Shown piece after piece: positions 51,801 to 64,000 of a stretch of 64,000 bases of DNA (its first letter is position 1; each line of letters starts with the position of its first letter). Origin of the DNA: Podarcis cretensis. Its lineage: Eukaryota. The translations under genes and the position numbers were made by a program. A model generated the notes under the pieces. That model searched no databases, had not been told where the DNA came from, and saw only the letters and a list, made by a program, of their open reading frames with translations. Location of the stretch: assembly GCA_951804945.1 (NCBI GenBank), contig OX638158.1, positions 17,856,001-17,920,000 of the forward strand, given 5' to 3'.

Positions 51801-54800
51801 TGTGCTGGAACGTATAGTCCGACGGCTTCTTTTCTCTCGCTTCCCATCTTCTCTGATCCAGAACTCATCATCTGTGTCCCCATCTTCTCCAGGGAAGTGC
51901 TTCATCATTGCCCGGTGGAAGCATCTTTCTAAGTTATAAGCCATTTTAGTGTATTCTGTGTTGAAAGAAGCAAATGAAAGAAAGTGAGTTTTATGGGTAG
52001 TTACATTTTTCCTCTGCTGAGAACTGCCCTTGGAATGTATGTTATTCTCTCTCTCTGCTTTTACTATGTTTTTAAAAAGGAAATAAAATACAATCAGAGC
52101 TGGAAAACTGGAAGCTATAACATGGATTTCAATGCATCCCTTCAGAAACATTCTTTATTTTAAATTATCAATATAATACAAACTGTAATACAGACAGATG
52201 CCTCTGTGGTGTGTTTATTAAACACATACAGTGGTACCTCTGGTTACGAACTTAATTCATTCCGGAGGTTCGTTCTTAACCTGAAGCCGTTCTTGACCTG
52301 AGGTACCACTTTAGCTAATGGGGCCTCCCGCTGCCGACGCGTGATTTCTGTTCTCATCCTGAGGTAAAGTTCTTAACCCGAGGTAATACTTCCGGGTTAG
52401 CGGAGTCTGTAAACCAAAGTGTTTGTAACCCAAGGTGTTTGTAACCCAAGGTACTACTGTAATGGGATGACTCCACTTCAGTTTCACATATCAAGTCTTG
52501 CATTGGGCATAAACAGTCTTAAAAATGAGTTAAAGTAAGTGTTCTGTTTGTTTCAGAAATGTGTGCAACTGGTAGACGCAAGTAATAGAATGGAATTCAG
52601 CAGTGCCCCATCTCTGTCAGCTTGCCAGAAGGAATGATTCGTCCTTCCATGTGCTATTCTGGTGTTCTCCTAAGTCAACTGGGGGGCAGGGGGCAGTGTG
52701 AGGGGAAACCCTGTGACACAAGCAGAAGTCCTTGTGAAGGGCTTCCACTGACAGGGCTCTTTGAGCGAATCCCATCCACAATATTTTAGTAAATGATTCA
52801 TAATGTTGCCCAATAGTGTAAGGTCACCCAAATTCAGAAGACCGCACTCATCTTTTTCTCTCTTTTTTAGTGTGCAGCTGCTACACAGAGCTTAATACAG
52901 AAATGCTAGCCACACAACTGGAACTCTGTACATGAAGGAACTATGCTTCAACTATATGCACATGACAATCCTACAGATTATGTCAACAGTTAAGCACATT
53001 TCTCTGGGCTTCGTGTACTGTTGCATTTTGTGTATGTGGGGAATCCAGCCTCTTTAACAAGGTTAGGATTCTGAGAGCCACAACTTTTTGAAAGATGATG
53101 CCTCTGGTCTAACAGTAGCACAGAATAGCATGAGGACATAAAGACTGTGGTCTGAAAGAAGATCATAAAAAGAGCAGTTTTTCCTAATGCCAGCTGATAT
53201 AAATTTAGCTGACAGCACAGTTCCCAATCCTTTCCCTATAACTAACACTCCATGTTCCCCTGCTTATACCAGCTTATTAACTTTCTGCCACTCTAGTAGT
53301 CCATGCTGTATAGTTGAATTAAATAATAATAATCTTACTCCTGCATGCAGGATAGACTCTGCCAGTTACACTGTTGTTGGCATCCATCCATCTTGAGAGA
53401 CAATGGAGTGCACCTCCTCTCTGGTGAGCAAGCCTGGGCAGTATGTATGGAGGTCCTGGGCTACCCAGACAACAATACCCCACTCTCAGCCCTGCTGATG
53501 TGGTCCAAAGGAAAGAAGAGCAATACTTTAGGCACCAGCTTGGCTGCAGGAGTTGCTGGAAGGAGACATACAAGATGCCATCCAACAGTCTTAGGAACTG
53601 GAATTGTGTCGGGTTTACTTCTTAGTCTTTTCTTCTCCTGAAGATGTCCCACAAACCAATTTGTACATATTTTTCCTCAGGGTTTACTCCAGAAGCCTTT
53701 CATGTGAATGAATATAGCCACAAGGTACATTTATTAAATTTTACAAATGTTTGTAGTGAATTAAGAATTACGGGCTTAATCTCTTTATCCATTTCCTGTC
53801 CAATCCAGCTACGGGAGGCTAGAAAAGACTTGGGCTGTTTTCCATGTATATGCACACAATAAATGGAACTCAGGTTCCAAATGCTTACCACTATTTTCAC
53901 CGTTGTATTTAAGGCAGTTCCTGAACATGGTCTTCATGTCACCCACAAATTCCTCCTTGGTGTAGTATTGGCCTCCATTTAGCTTCTTCTCCATGCTAGA
54001 TATATCCATGGGAGCCTGAAAAATACCCCAGTTTGCTTCAGGCTTACAGACCTTGAAAGCTACAATCATCCTTTAAAAAGATGTATTCTTATTCTGCCTG
54101 CTAAATTATGCAGATTCCATTGCATCAACTATAACACAGAATGCAAAAAAGGGCTTCATACTGCTTACCTTAACAATTTGGTAGTAATTTGGGGCATAGG
54201 ATTCATCAACTGGCTCCAGGAATGGCCAGGAGTCCTTGTGAGCCTTCACTACATCGAGAACTGTCAGCAGCAAAAAGATGATAAACTGTTACACATACAA
54301 ATGGACGCCAATACTTTAAAAACCAACCAACCTGCAAAGCTAGTGTCTGGAGTGGGGACTGACCTTTGTACATGGCAGTGAACTCATCATCCAATTCAAA
54401 ACTGCAAAGAGGAAATGTAAAATTAATGCAAAGTTTCTCCAGCCTCATTTCCTCCCCAACTCTGTCTCTGGTATGTTATCCTTATCACTGAACGTTCAAT
54501 TCCAGCAATTGCAATGCTTTCCAAGGCCTGCATTCACACTCTTTTTAATGCCACAGAGTATAATTCCTCCATAGCCTTTTCTCCGGCCATCAACATTAAC
54601 AGTGACAATAAATTGTTTTGGGTGGGATTGTTTTTCTGTATTTATAGGCCACTCACTGCAATTTACTTACAGGTCCTTGGTCTTCCTCTCCTCCCTAGCA
54701 GGTGAACTGGGATCCAAGTGAGAAAGCTCTGGGGGAAGTTCCTTTCCCTGGGCAAGCAGCCATGCCCGCTCTTCTCGGAGCTTCCTCCTCTTGGCTCGTT

Positions 54801-55527
54801 CTGCAGATAGGGAAGAAAAACTGTTACATTCTTGAGAAGTTTTCTTGCAAAATGCCCAGGGTTTCAGGAGGTCATTCACACTCTTGTGTGTCACCATGGG
54901 GTTGGAGCAACTCCTCTTTGAGGAAAGGTTATAATGTTTGGACCTTTTTAGTTTAGAAAAGGTGAGAAAGTGAGGATATGATAGAGGTGTATAAAATTAT
55001 GTGTGGTGCAGAGGAAGTAGGTAGAAAGATGTTTTGCTCTCTCTAATATTAGAACCGGAGTCATTGAATGAAAGTAAATGGTTAGGGATTCGTGAAATAC
55101 AAAAACGTACTTCTTTATGCACTGCATGAAATTCACTGCCACAAAATGTAGAGATTAGACAAATTCAAGCAGAATAAGGATATCAATGAAGCTACCAGCC
55201 ATGACGACTATACTACTTCTGTCAGACTAAGACAAGAAATCATTGCCATTAAACAACTAAACAGAGTGACATGCTGGTGTACAATGCTTGTGAAGTGAAT
55301 ATCATGCATATAAAAATAAACTGTGGAACAAGATCAACTAAAAAACCTTCCGTAAAGCTGATCCGCCTACCTTCCACTGCCTTGACTTTCTCCTCCATTT
55401 CTCGTTTCCTTTCCTCCTTCAACATTTGTTCTTGCTCCTTCTTCTGAACTGCCAGAAGGATTTGACGTTCCTCCTCCTCTTCCCGTCGTCTCTGCTTCTC
55501 CATTCTGCTGAGCGCCACAGGAGTCAC
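42621..55527 (-). CDS. CECR2: CECR2 histone acetyl-lysine reader / chromatin remodelling regulator, 3' part (11 coding exons; 5' exons not found in the window)
   Basis: Exons 55527-55371, 54800-54671, 54401-54364, 54260-54169, 54015-53889, 51955-51540, 49864-49736, 48704-47897, 47092-45685, 44405-44300 and 42626-42621 are all phase-compatible. Bromodomain [86 protein letters not shown]; CECR2 motifs [43 protein letters not shown] and C-terminal LPLDQS*. Confidence 0.96.
44300..44405 (-). CDS. CECR2: CECR2 penultimate coding exon (106 bp)
   Basis: ttccag|A ATG CAC...LPLDQ|gtaagt. Confidence 0.9.
44513..44761. mobile_element. hAT/Charlie-like MITE
   Basis: Imperfect TIRs CATGGGTAGGCAAACT / AGTTTGCTGACCCCTG; GGCCC repeats near the ends; TSD not clear. 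Confidence 0.65.
45154..45188. repeat. (TCAA)n microsatellite
   Basis: Direct inspection. Confidence 0.95.
45685..47092 (-). CDS. CECR2: CECR2 large coding exon (1408 bp)
   Basis: Matches the 470-aa ORF 45681..47093; [19 protein letters not shown]. Confidence 0.93.
47897..48704 (-). CDS. CECR2: CECR2 coding exon (808 bp)
   Basis: [13 protein letters not shown]...[29 protein letters not shown]...SENNQ. Confidence 0.92.
48826..48873. repeat. (ATT)n microsatellite (L2 tail)
   Basis: Direct inspection. Confidence 0.95.
48880..49600 (-). mobile_element. L2-type LINE 3' fragment (other decayed L2-like pieces at ~13080-13430, ~42880-43400, ~56720-57260)
   Basis: Minus-strand remnants [30 protein letters not shown] (ORF 49443..49685) are typical of L2 RT; the 13.3 kb copy has KLNLVQDAAARLL. 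Confidence 0.7.
49736..49864 (-). CDS. CECR2: CECR2 coding exon (129 bp)
   Basis: [43 protein letters not shown]|gtagg. Confidence 0.9.
50310..50384. repeat. (TCT)n microsatellite
   Basis: About 25 units. Confidence 0.97.
51540..51955 (-). CDS. CECR2: CECR2 coding exon (416 bp)
   Basis: [36 protein letters not shown]...HPGQM|gtgagt. Confidence 0.93.
52229..52459. mobile_element. Same MITE family as 14982-15223, opposite orientation
   Basis: TA-CAGTGGTACCTC ... AAGGTACTACTG-TA; interior is the reverse complement of the 15 kb copy. Confidence 0.85.
53889..54015 (-). CDS. CECR2: CECR2 bromodomain exon (127 bp)
   Basis: [42 protein letters not shown]. Confidence 0.95.
54169..54260 (-). CDS. 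CECR2: CECR2 bromodomain exon (92 bp)
   Basis: [30 protein letters not shown]. Confidence 0.95.
54364..54401 (-). CDS. CECR2: CECR2 coding exon (38 bp)
   Basis: [12 protein letters not shown]; AG/GT boundaries. Confidence 0.9.
54671..54800 (-). CDS. CECR2: CECR2 coding exon (130 bp)
   Basis: [42 protein letters not shown]. Confidence 0.93.
55371..55527 (-). CDS. CECR2: CECR2 coding exon (157 bp, coiled coil)
   Basis: [52 protein letters not shown]. Confidence 0.93.
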
Positions 55528-58151
55528 CTGCAGAAAGAAACACAACTATTTACTTATTATTTATTATATTTATATCCCATAATTTATGTTAGGTAGGTCA
55601 GACTGAGATACAGTGACTTGCCAAAAGTTAACCAGTGAGCTTCAAGGTTGAGTGGAACTTTGAAGACCAGCATCCACAGCCCTAGTCTAACTCTCTATCC
55701 ATTACGGCACACTGGGTTTCGGCTTATGATTGCCTTACATGAAATTATTGCAATAGCTGATATACCTTTGAATGAGACTCTGACTCTGAATGAGAAATTG
55801 GATCATTTGTACATTTTTAAAACAAGATATCATCATAGGAAAGCACCTCCCTGTAATTTTTCTCTTGGTCTTATAAATGTACATCCACGTGATTAAATCA
55901 AGGCATAACTGCAGGAAATGTATTGTTTGTTTTCAATGACTGCATTTCACATGTATGCAGCTTGATTTCAGCACATACAACCACATTTATAAGAATGAAT
56001 AGTCAGGGAAGGAACATGTGATAATTGCAAAAGGTGCATTAGATGCGCGCACACTGTCACATAATGTATGAAATGGGAAAATAAAGCTATTCTTTACAAT
56101 GCCACTGCTGCAGCAAAGAAGAACCAACTGGGAAGTTATGAGAGGGCAGACTCTGCCACCAAAAATCTCTACAGTCTACATTTAGAATGTTCTGAAGATG
56201 CAGGCTTTTCTATTTGTATGCTGAAACAGTGAACACAGAAAGCATATATGTGGAACTGAATATTGCATCAGGGATAGGTTCAGAAAGTACTATAAAAATC
56301 CAACACTGAACAACTGGGGCTTAGAACAATGCTCAACACAGATGAGTACCTTTCAGGGACCAGTATTAGAGATATTTACAATAGCACAAACTACCCCAAT
56401 CCCAAGCATGAGTGCCTCTTTACCAGGGCAATCTTTTTGGGGGGAGCACATTGCCAGAATCTTGTTCAGAGTATGTAAATTATCTGATTGCCTTAAAAGA
56501 GCCACTTTATAAGAAGGTAACCATACCACAAGTTTTAGGATGGTTTTTTATCTTCTTTTGGAAAGTGCTTTGCCAAGAAAAGGGATTGGATCACATTTTT
56601 ACAGCAAAAGGTATCTCTCTCCCCCCCCCCCCCAATGTGTTGAACTTTCACAGAATGCTTCATGTACCTTTCATTATATATATATAATGAGCTCCAAGAA
56701 AATTCAGCGCAGCCCTATTATTTATTTATTTAAAATGTTCTATATCTCACCTAACAATTCCAAGTAATTACTTATATTCTGAAAACTTGCTCTGTGCCTG
56801 TAACTTCAATCAAGATTAAAAAACCAGAAAAAAATCACAGGCATTAATTAAAACACTATGTAACTTCATAAATATACTAAAAAAAACCTAGCTAACATAA
56901 ATCCCCCCCCCCAGTATTTCACATTAAAAGCATATTTAAAATCAATCCTTTCATCTTCTTCTTAAATATGTGAAGGTTCTGCTGGGCAGCTGGCTCCAGA
57001 GGTCACAGCCACAACAGGAAAGTCACTCTTCTATACTTATTTCCTGCCTAGATAGGATCACAATCAGGCCCTCTTCAGTAGATCTTAATGGCCATCTGCC
57101 CTTGACCATTAACAGATTTCAAAGCATCAGAAGCTAACATGCAGTCAGTTTGTGTTGCAGAATTAGCCAGATATGTTCTGTTCGTCTTGTTCATATTAGG
57201 AGTTGGCAGTTGCATTGTGTGCCAATATAGCTTTTAAGAGCCATCCTATATACTAGGAATGGCTAACCATTTTGCCCTGATGGCCACTTCCATGTTTAGC
57301 CAATCCTCCACAGAACGCATGCCAGTAAGTGAGTGTGTTCACTCCACACTCTTGTACACACATTCACGCACCACACAGGACAAACGTGTGCAAGACATGG
57401 GAAACACACACAGAGGCACAAAGCTCCCCTTTTCAGTTGATCCATACTGATTAGTCAATGAGAAGTTTTGCCTCTGTTCTGCTTATCAAATAACCACCCT
57501 GATGCATAATCAAATTGTTTAAACTTCATTGTTCACCCCAGCACTCTTTCTATTTTTTTTAACTGGTAGTGTCTTGGGAGAGAGGAGAAAAAAATGCATG
57601 TAGGCCAGCTCAGGACCCTGAGATAGGGGATAGCAAGCCCTGCTATGCAGGGAGCATTATGGAAATTGATTCTACAGACAAAGTTGATAGTTGCCAGAAC
57701 TCTCCGATGTAGGAAATGTTAGTGTTTATATGCAGCAGAGGAAGTTAACTTTAGTTAAATGAATTCTTGCTTGGAGCACAGCTTTAGTTGAAAGGCATTC
57801 AGACTGAGACATGGTTTAAATAAGAAAGCTTATTGTAAGGAAGTACATTCTAGTTGGAGAAACAAAGAAGCAAAGCTATGCTTGCCCCTTTGTTCCCAGA
57901 AGTTTGATCCAAGATGACCTCTTGCCTTGAGGTCCAAATAAAGTGTATGAGGAGGAGCAGGAAGTTGTAAATGAAATGCAATACCACTGTAAACATCAAA
58001 GAGATAGAACTCAGCATAGATATAAAAGTACAGTACTACAGGGATAGTCTGGGAAACTGGAGGTCTCTTGCTCTATCTGTCTTAACCCATACAAACCCTT
58101 CTCAGAAAGCTGAGATGCACCCAAACTTCTCTCCTGGTCTCCTGAGAATAT

Positions 58152-58222
58152 AAAGGTAAAGGTAAAGGTACCCCTGCCCATACGGGCCAGTCTTGACAGA
58201 CTCTGGGGTTGTGCGCCCATCT
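58152..58222 (-). mobile_element. Short Sauria-SINE/Bov-B-type 3' tail fragment (near-identical copy at ~13573-13639)
   Basis: (AAAGGT)n + ACCCCTGCCC.TACGGGCCAGTCTTGACAGACTCTGGGGTTGTGCGCCCATC in both places. Confidence 0.7.
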
Positions 58223-58574
58223 CAGGATCAGACAAACTAATTTAAATAAAACATAAACCAGAAACCTTGTTTCAATCCCATTTTTGGAGAGTGGGTTAAA
58301 AACCCAATATATATTGGACACAACATGTCTAGTGAGAATGTCAGTTTAGAATTTCAAAAGACAGCTTTAACTTTTAGCTCAGTGCATGCTTCAGCTTTTT
58401 AGCCTAAAAAAGGTTGCATATACAGTAAGTCACTTTAGGGTGGCTGAATGACTGGATGACATTGGAGAATCCACATATCTTAGATTTAGATGGTCATGAT
58501 AATATTTCCAAACGTTTTGGAAGTCGAACAGACTTCCGGAATGGATTCTGTTCAACTTCCGAGGTACCACTGTA

Positions 58575-59540
58575 CTTTCTATATGTGGTGGCCTTGTAGT
58601 AAGGTTAAAGCTTACTATGAAGCTTTTCTTCTGGGAATTATAGGGATAGAACTACCTAAACAGTATAGTAATTTATTCATGTATGCAACTACAGCGGCAA
58701 GAATGTTATTTGCCCAAAAATGGAAAGAAGTCGTCCAGAGAAAAGAAGAATGGATACAAAACCTTATGACTATGCAGAAATGGCGAACTTACCAGAAAAA
58801 TAAGAAATCAAGATAACAGACTGTCAGGGAACTGCCATCAGTGCCGGAGGGAGAGAGCAAAATCCAGAGGGATTCCAGAGAGCGTCCCGGGATTGGGAGA
58901 GGCAGCCCATCTTCTGGGGAAGAGAATCAGCGTAGCACCAGTGGAGAAGGGGGGCAGATGGGGGAAGCGGCGAGGCGGTCCCATGACTCCTCGCTGGGGA
59001 CCAGCGGGGAGAGTAGGGGTCCTCTGCTGCCTACGCCCTCCTTGCGCAGAAGGCTTTCGCGCAGAGAGAGTAGGAGGAGACTAGCTGTCAAAGAGCTTCT
59101 TTGCTGGAAGAAGTTTAAGAAACGCCCACTGACGGATTCTGCCAGCGATTGAGACAGCCACGGGTGAGTGGCTGTCCGGACAGAAAAGGTTCACTCAGGC
59201 AACCCAGCCAGGTGTTTGCACCGGCTTACGCACGAGCAACCCCTAGAACCATTACACAGACTTTTTATAAAAGAATAGAAATGGTTTATTGAATATTTAC
59301 AAACAAATTGTAAACGGATAAGGTCGTTGGCAGGATTATTGTAATAACCTGCAGTTTCATAAGAGTATATAATTAAAAGTAGATGAATATAAGTTAATTT
59401 AGAATATACAGGAAATGATAAAAATAATTTTAAGGAACCGCAGTAAGGAGGAAGGAAGTCGAGTTTTGAAATGTTAAAATGACTGTAAAGGTATTGAAAT
59501 GTATATAACTGAAAATCACAAATATATTTTTTTAAAAAAA
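58575..59540 (+). mobile_element. L1/Tx1-like LINE 3' fragment, interrupted by a solo LTR
   Basis: TFYMWWPCSKVKAY...FLLGI...LFMYATTAARMLFAQKWK resembles the L1-clade ORF2 C-terminal zinc-knuckle region; A-rich tail at ~59520-59545. Confidence 0.7.
58822..59256 (+). mobile_element. Solo LTR (435 bp), CpG-retaining, containing an Arg-rich ORF
   Basis: TGTCA...TTACA termini; perfect 5-bp TSD CAGAC (58817-58821 and 59257-59261). Confidence 0.88.
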
Positions 59541-62500
59541 GACAAAGAGAAAGAAAGGGTGTGACAACTAATTTTTCAGTTTACACTTCAGTTTTCAATT
59601 TGAGGGGATTCAGGTCCTTTAGCTTAACTTCTGTTCCAGGAAAACTGGAAGCAAGCATTATTAAAAGCAGAATTACTAAGCGCATAGAAGAATAAGTCTT
59701 GCTGAACCAGCAAGGGTAACATCTGTTTCACTAACCTTTTAGAATTCTTTGACAGTTTCATTAAGCATATAGAGGCGATCCAGATGACAAACTAACTTAT
59801 CGCCCCTCCCCAAAAAAAAAATCAGATAAAGCCCCTCAAAATGAAAAGGATTGAAAATAAAACTGACAGTATCATAATGCTGTTATGCAAATCCACGGTG
59901 TGACTTCATTTGGAATACTATGTACAGATTTGCTTGCCTCGCCTCAGAAAGGATATCACAGAGCTGCCTCACAGCAACTTTTCTACCTCATTTGTAAAGT
60001 TTCATGGCACAGATACATCTTAAATACCACAAGAAAGAAGTTTGTTGCTTCCTTCCCTCTATAGGTTATAAATTATCACTGAGGCCTACTGCTTGCTGAG
60101 GAGAGTAGCTGAACAATATAACACAATATAACAATCTGTTTATGGATTGCTGAGGAGAATAAGCCTGTTTCTGGGCTCAGATGATGGAATGGTCCTCTAC
60201 ACAATAAATCCCTATATGCAGAACAATGACCCCCTGGCTGGTCACTGGAACTCTCCCCAGGCCACAACCCCCAATGCCTCTGCTTTACACCCAAAGTGTT
60301 TTGCCCTGGCTGGACTGTGCATTTAAACTTTGATAATGCCTCTTGCTTGTCTGAATGGAGGTCAGAGATGGGTGTGAGTGTGCACAAGCCAGCCTAAAGT
60401 ACAAAGGTGACATGTTTGCCAGTGGTATATGTGGCCCCAGGAAGGTTGCCAAGAAGGGAATGCAGTCCTTAGGCTGGAAAAGAATTCCCTGCCATGGCTA
60501 TAGAAGAGCTTCTATAACTATAACCCTTCTCCCCAACAATGCCACTTTAGATGCCAGATGGAAATTCCCATGGTTGAATGAACTTTCTACATAGAAAACT
60601 CGGTAAGTGGAAGGAACAGTCAGTCATGGGAACCTTTGTCTGCAACCAGAAGTGGCAAAGCCCAGATATAGGTTCACCACTGCATTGAAAACTGGGTCTT
60701 CAATGCAATCTATTTCCTGGGAATTAATGATCAGCTGGAGCCTCCTCACTGCCCTTCAGGCCTTAGCCCATCATTAATTCAGACAAAAGCCTGCACCTTA
60801 GCCATTATTGCTTCATTTTTTTCCACCTGCCTGCAAATGGGACCTGAGGGGGCACTGATAAATTGCTAGAAAGGCAAGCTAGCTTCCACCCTAGATACCC
60901 TAAGTGCCTCTATATTTGTGTTGTTGCAGAAATGCTATTTAGTCATTTCCTTCAGTAATGCTTCCTTGGAGAATTGTCTGACATCATCTCCCATCCTTGC
61001 CACCAGCAACAACAATGCATTAAGCAAGGTCCCTAGGCCCCTGTTTTGTCCTCTAATAGAAGAATGCTACAGTTAGACAACAGTAAAAAAATCCTAAAAT
61101 GTGGGCTACTTTACAAAATGAAAGCAAGGCAGAGAACCGGATACAAACACCTGTTCCTCACATCAGAATGCAAGGTGTCCTTTGCGTGCAACCCAGCCCA
61201 CCAAAGTGAGCTTGTGTATTTGAACTAGTGTTGCCAGTGTATCCAATTAATCCCAAGATAATAATTTAAAGAGAATCAGAGCAATTAGACCTTTTATGTT
61301 ATTTAGTCCATTTCATCTGACCACTCACAGGATCATCCCTGTAGAATTTATTCAGATACAATAGTGCCTGAATACTTATGCTTATGTGAGGATTAAAATA
61401 CTAAAAGTTAATTTCCCAAAATACACAAACTATTTAACTGATTTTTCTAGAGAGTTATTTACCAGGACTTTCATATTTTACTGACAGTTACAGAGCTAGT
61501 GTCAAAAAATAAGAATTTCAAAGGGCAGTGTACATCTCTAAGAATGCTCCAGCCCAAATTCTATAGAAAAAACTAAAGTCAAAATCGGGAGCTAACTACA
61601 TTATTCAATACAGTCTGGTTTTTTGCTAACAATAAGTATTTCTCTTACAGAACTATTATACAGGTGGGTTTCTTTTATACAACTTACACACTTACCACTG
61701 AGCACCCTCGAGATCAGGGTTGCTAACCTGGTGCCCTGCTTTGGATTGCAACTCCCACCAGCCCCTGCCAGCATGGCTATGATCAGGGATGATAGGTGTT
61801 GAGACCACAACATCAGGAAGGTACCGTGTTGGCTAAGTCCAAATAGTTTATGGCAAGGTATGCTTGGAGAGGGTGGGTGGATAAAACCTATGCTTGGATT
61901 TATAGGGAAATATACTGTGAGTCCACTTTAGATATTATTTAATAAATGTTCTAATGTTCATGCATAGGTTAAATTGTATTTTTAAAAGTCTTTAAAAGTG
62001 TTGAATTCTGTCATTAGGCTACCATCCAATGCTAAATTAGAATGGTGGAGGGTAGGGCTGCATTCCATGAATATTTTATTCTACACAAAATAAGCAGTTT
62101 TATTATGAGGTGCTATAGAGAGATGAAGTGCTCCTCATGCAATTAAAGCAGCCTATACACTCTGTATCTGGTCTTCAGGCTGCAGAAGTGTGAGCCTCTA
62201 TGTAGTGCAGATGGGCTGCAGTTTCAGTATCATCTCTTTGCTCAAAATAGGACTTCTTCCCTTGTCATGGTACTGTCATCATGCAGCCAATCTGAGAGCA
62301 AAAATGGCCCTGAGGTTGCAGCTGTTTAGGGCCACAAACAGCAGCAGATTGTTGCACAAAGAAGGAAGGGGGGGGGAATTAAGTTTTGGGGAAACATTTC
62401 AGATGGATGCCAAAGCCCCTTTTCATACAAAAAAAATATGTGCTGGAGAGCTTTCTACTATATTCTAGTTAAAAAATGCAAGGTCTATTCACAAATGCTG

Positions 62501-64000
62501 TGTTATGTGTAGCTTTTTGCATAAACCCGTTTTGTTACCCCAAGCTAAATCAAAACCTATGCACATATAATTGCATTTGCAAAGATCCACCCCACTGTTC
62601 TGTCTCCTTCCCTCTGCTGACTCTTCTCTGCCAAAATTTAATTTGTTATCTCTTAAGACTTTGGACCTGTCTTACTTAATTTTGTTTTGCAAACCATCAT
62701 GAAAACCAATTATGTTATATGGGGATCCAAACCATTCACTTTTTAAAACTTAGTTTGGGCTCAGCTGTAACTGAAGTTGTGTTGGTTCAAGCCAATGAAG
62801 GTTCAGGAACTGATTCAGTTCAGCTTCAGTCCCTGCACACCCCATGCCCAACAAAATGCCACAGAAACACTTTTTTGAGGAAACAGAAAAAATGTTGGGT
62901 GATAAATTGTGTGAAAGTGAAAATGCCTTTGGAGTCATGAAAGCATATCTGCTGCTTTGCACCACTCACATGCTTGCAGCAGATGGCACTGTGGACTATG
63001 CAGAACAACAGGCTCCAAGAACTTCTGCTCTCTGCTCTGATATAGTCTCCCCAAAAGAAATTCTCTCTCAGAGTTCAACACAAGATGTGCAGTCCCACAT
63101 GCCTTGGTCTTGCCTCAAACACAGCCCTTGCTCCTTCCTCTCCCCCCCCCCATGTGATACCTACTAGAATTTCCGCAGCTTCTTCTTAATGAAGGTGCTG
63201 CTCAGAAGGGGTTTTTTTAATGAGAAGCTAATCTGAACCACCTGTTTGAGAAATATTGCAAAGGATTAGAAGCCTACAGAGCAGTTACATACATATTTAA
63301 GCAGCATCTACATCTTGGAACCAGACGGAAGGGGCAACACCACAGATGCCATACATGGTCAGAAACAAATAGATTTGGGTGTTATGACTACAGTCTTAAC
63401 AACTTCCCTGCATCATGTGCTGGAAAGCCTTCCAATTTAAAAAGAAACAAATACAATTCAATGAGACAAAACACTTGGCATTGCGTTTCCCTGGAAATGG
63501 GTATGTCCAGAGACTTGCATCCAGAATAACTGCTACCCCTCCCCTCTCTGCCTCTGCTCCTCAGGTGAAAAATTAAAAGAGACTTGGGAGCTTATGGGAG
63601 TGCTGACGCACACTGGCCCACAGGCAGCAATCAACTTATGCTAAGCACCATAGGTCCTACAGCAAGCCTCCTACTGATTAGCACCCATTTGTTTCTCTAC
63701 ACCCAAATTTGCAAAACTTTCCTGCCTGTACATAAATATGCACCTTCTTATTTCCTGGATGATTTTTGTTGTAGTACTTCTTGCACCTAAAAATGAAAAT
63801 AATGCAGCAGTGCACACTCCACTCCTGGGGCTGCTCTGCTAAACAAGAGCAGGGGCTCCCAGGATGAAGAAGTGTCACTTTATTCTCATTAATTAAGCTG
63901 AAAATATTAATACTCCTTGGCTCCACAGTTGTCACAGAGTGTGCTGGTCAGTTCAAAGTTGATCTTTATTAGCAAAAACACAATCTCCACAGACCGGGCT

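Noticed and set aside
60339-60385. Possible upstream CECR2 exon (PISDLHSDKQE)
   Set aside because: Only vague similarity, no GT donor and no clear acceptor; the real exon is probably beyond the window.

Overview
Vertebrate genomic DNA, most likely a squamate reptile: Sauria-SINE, CR1, L2, Penelope and Tigger/hAT MITE repeats suggest a lizard, possibly a lacertid. The window holds the conserved ATP6V1E1 - SLC25A18 - CECR2 block. It contains the last 7 coding exons of ATP6V1E1 (+, 541-7403), a complete 9-exon CDS of SLC25A18 (-, 28531-10381, 325 aa) and the last 11 coding exons of CECR2 (-, 55527-42621). All exons were assembled by hand with GT-AG boundaries and consistent phases. The standout feature is a ~6.8 kb, CpG-rich, apparently intact tyrosine-recombinase retrotransposon (Ngaro/DIRS-type: gag, RT/RNase H, YR, SGNH hydrolase) at ~20291-27069. 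It lies in sense orientation in SLC25A18 coding intron 1, about 50 nt from the next splice acceptor. It has several unexplained traits: no recognisable long split direct repeats; an 8-bp TTGTTGTT at both junctions; YR and hydrolase ORFs that lack a usable ATG but each follow a phase-1 splice acceptor; a ~315-nt nested stem-loop structure with an Oct-Sox motif in its 3' UTR; and a hairpin array at its 5' end. Also present are a solo LTR carrying an Arg-rich ORF and a Penelope remnant with a truncated hammerhead. All assignments come from visual motif recognition and recalled protein sequences; no database search was run.
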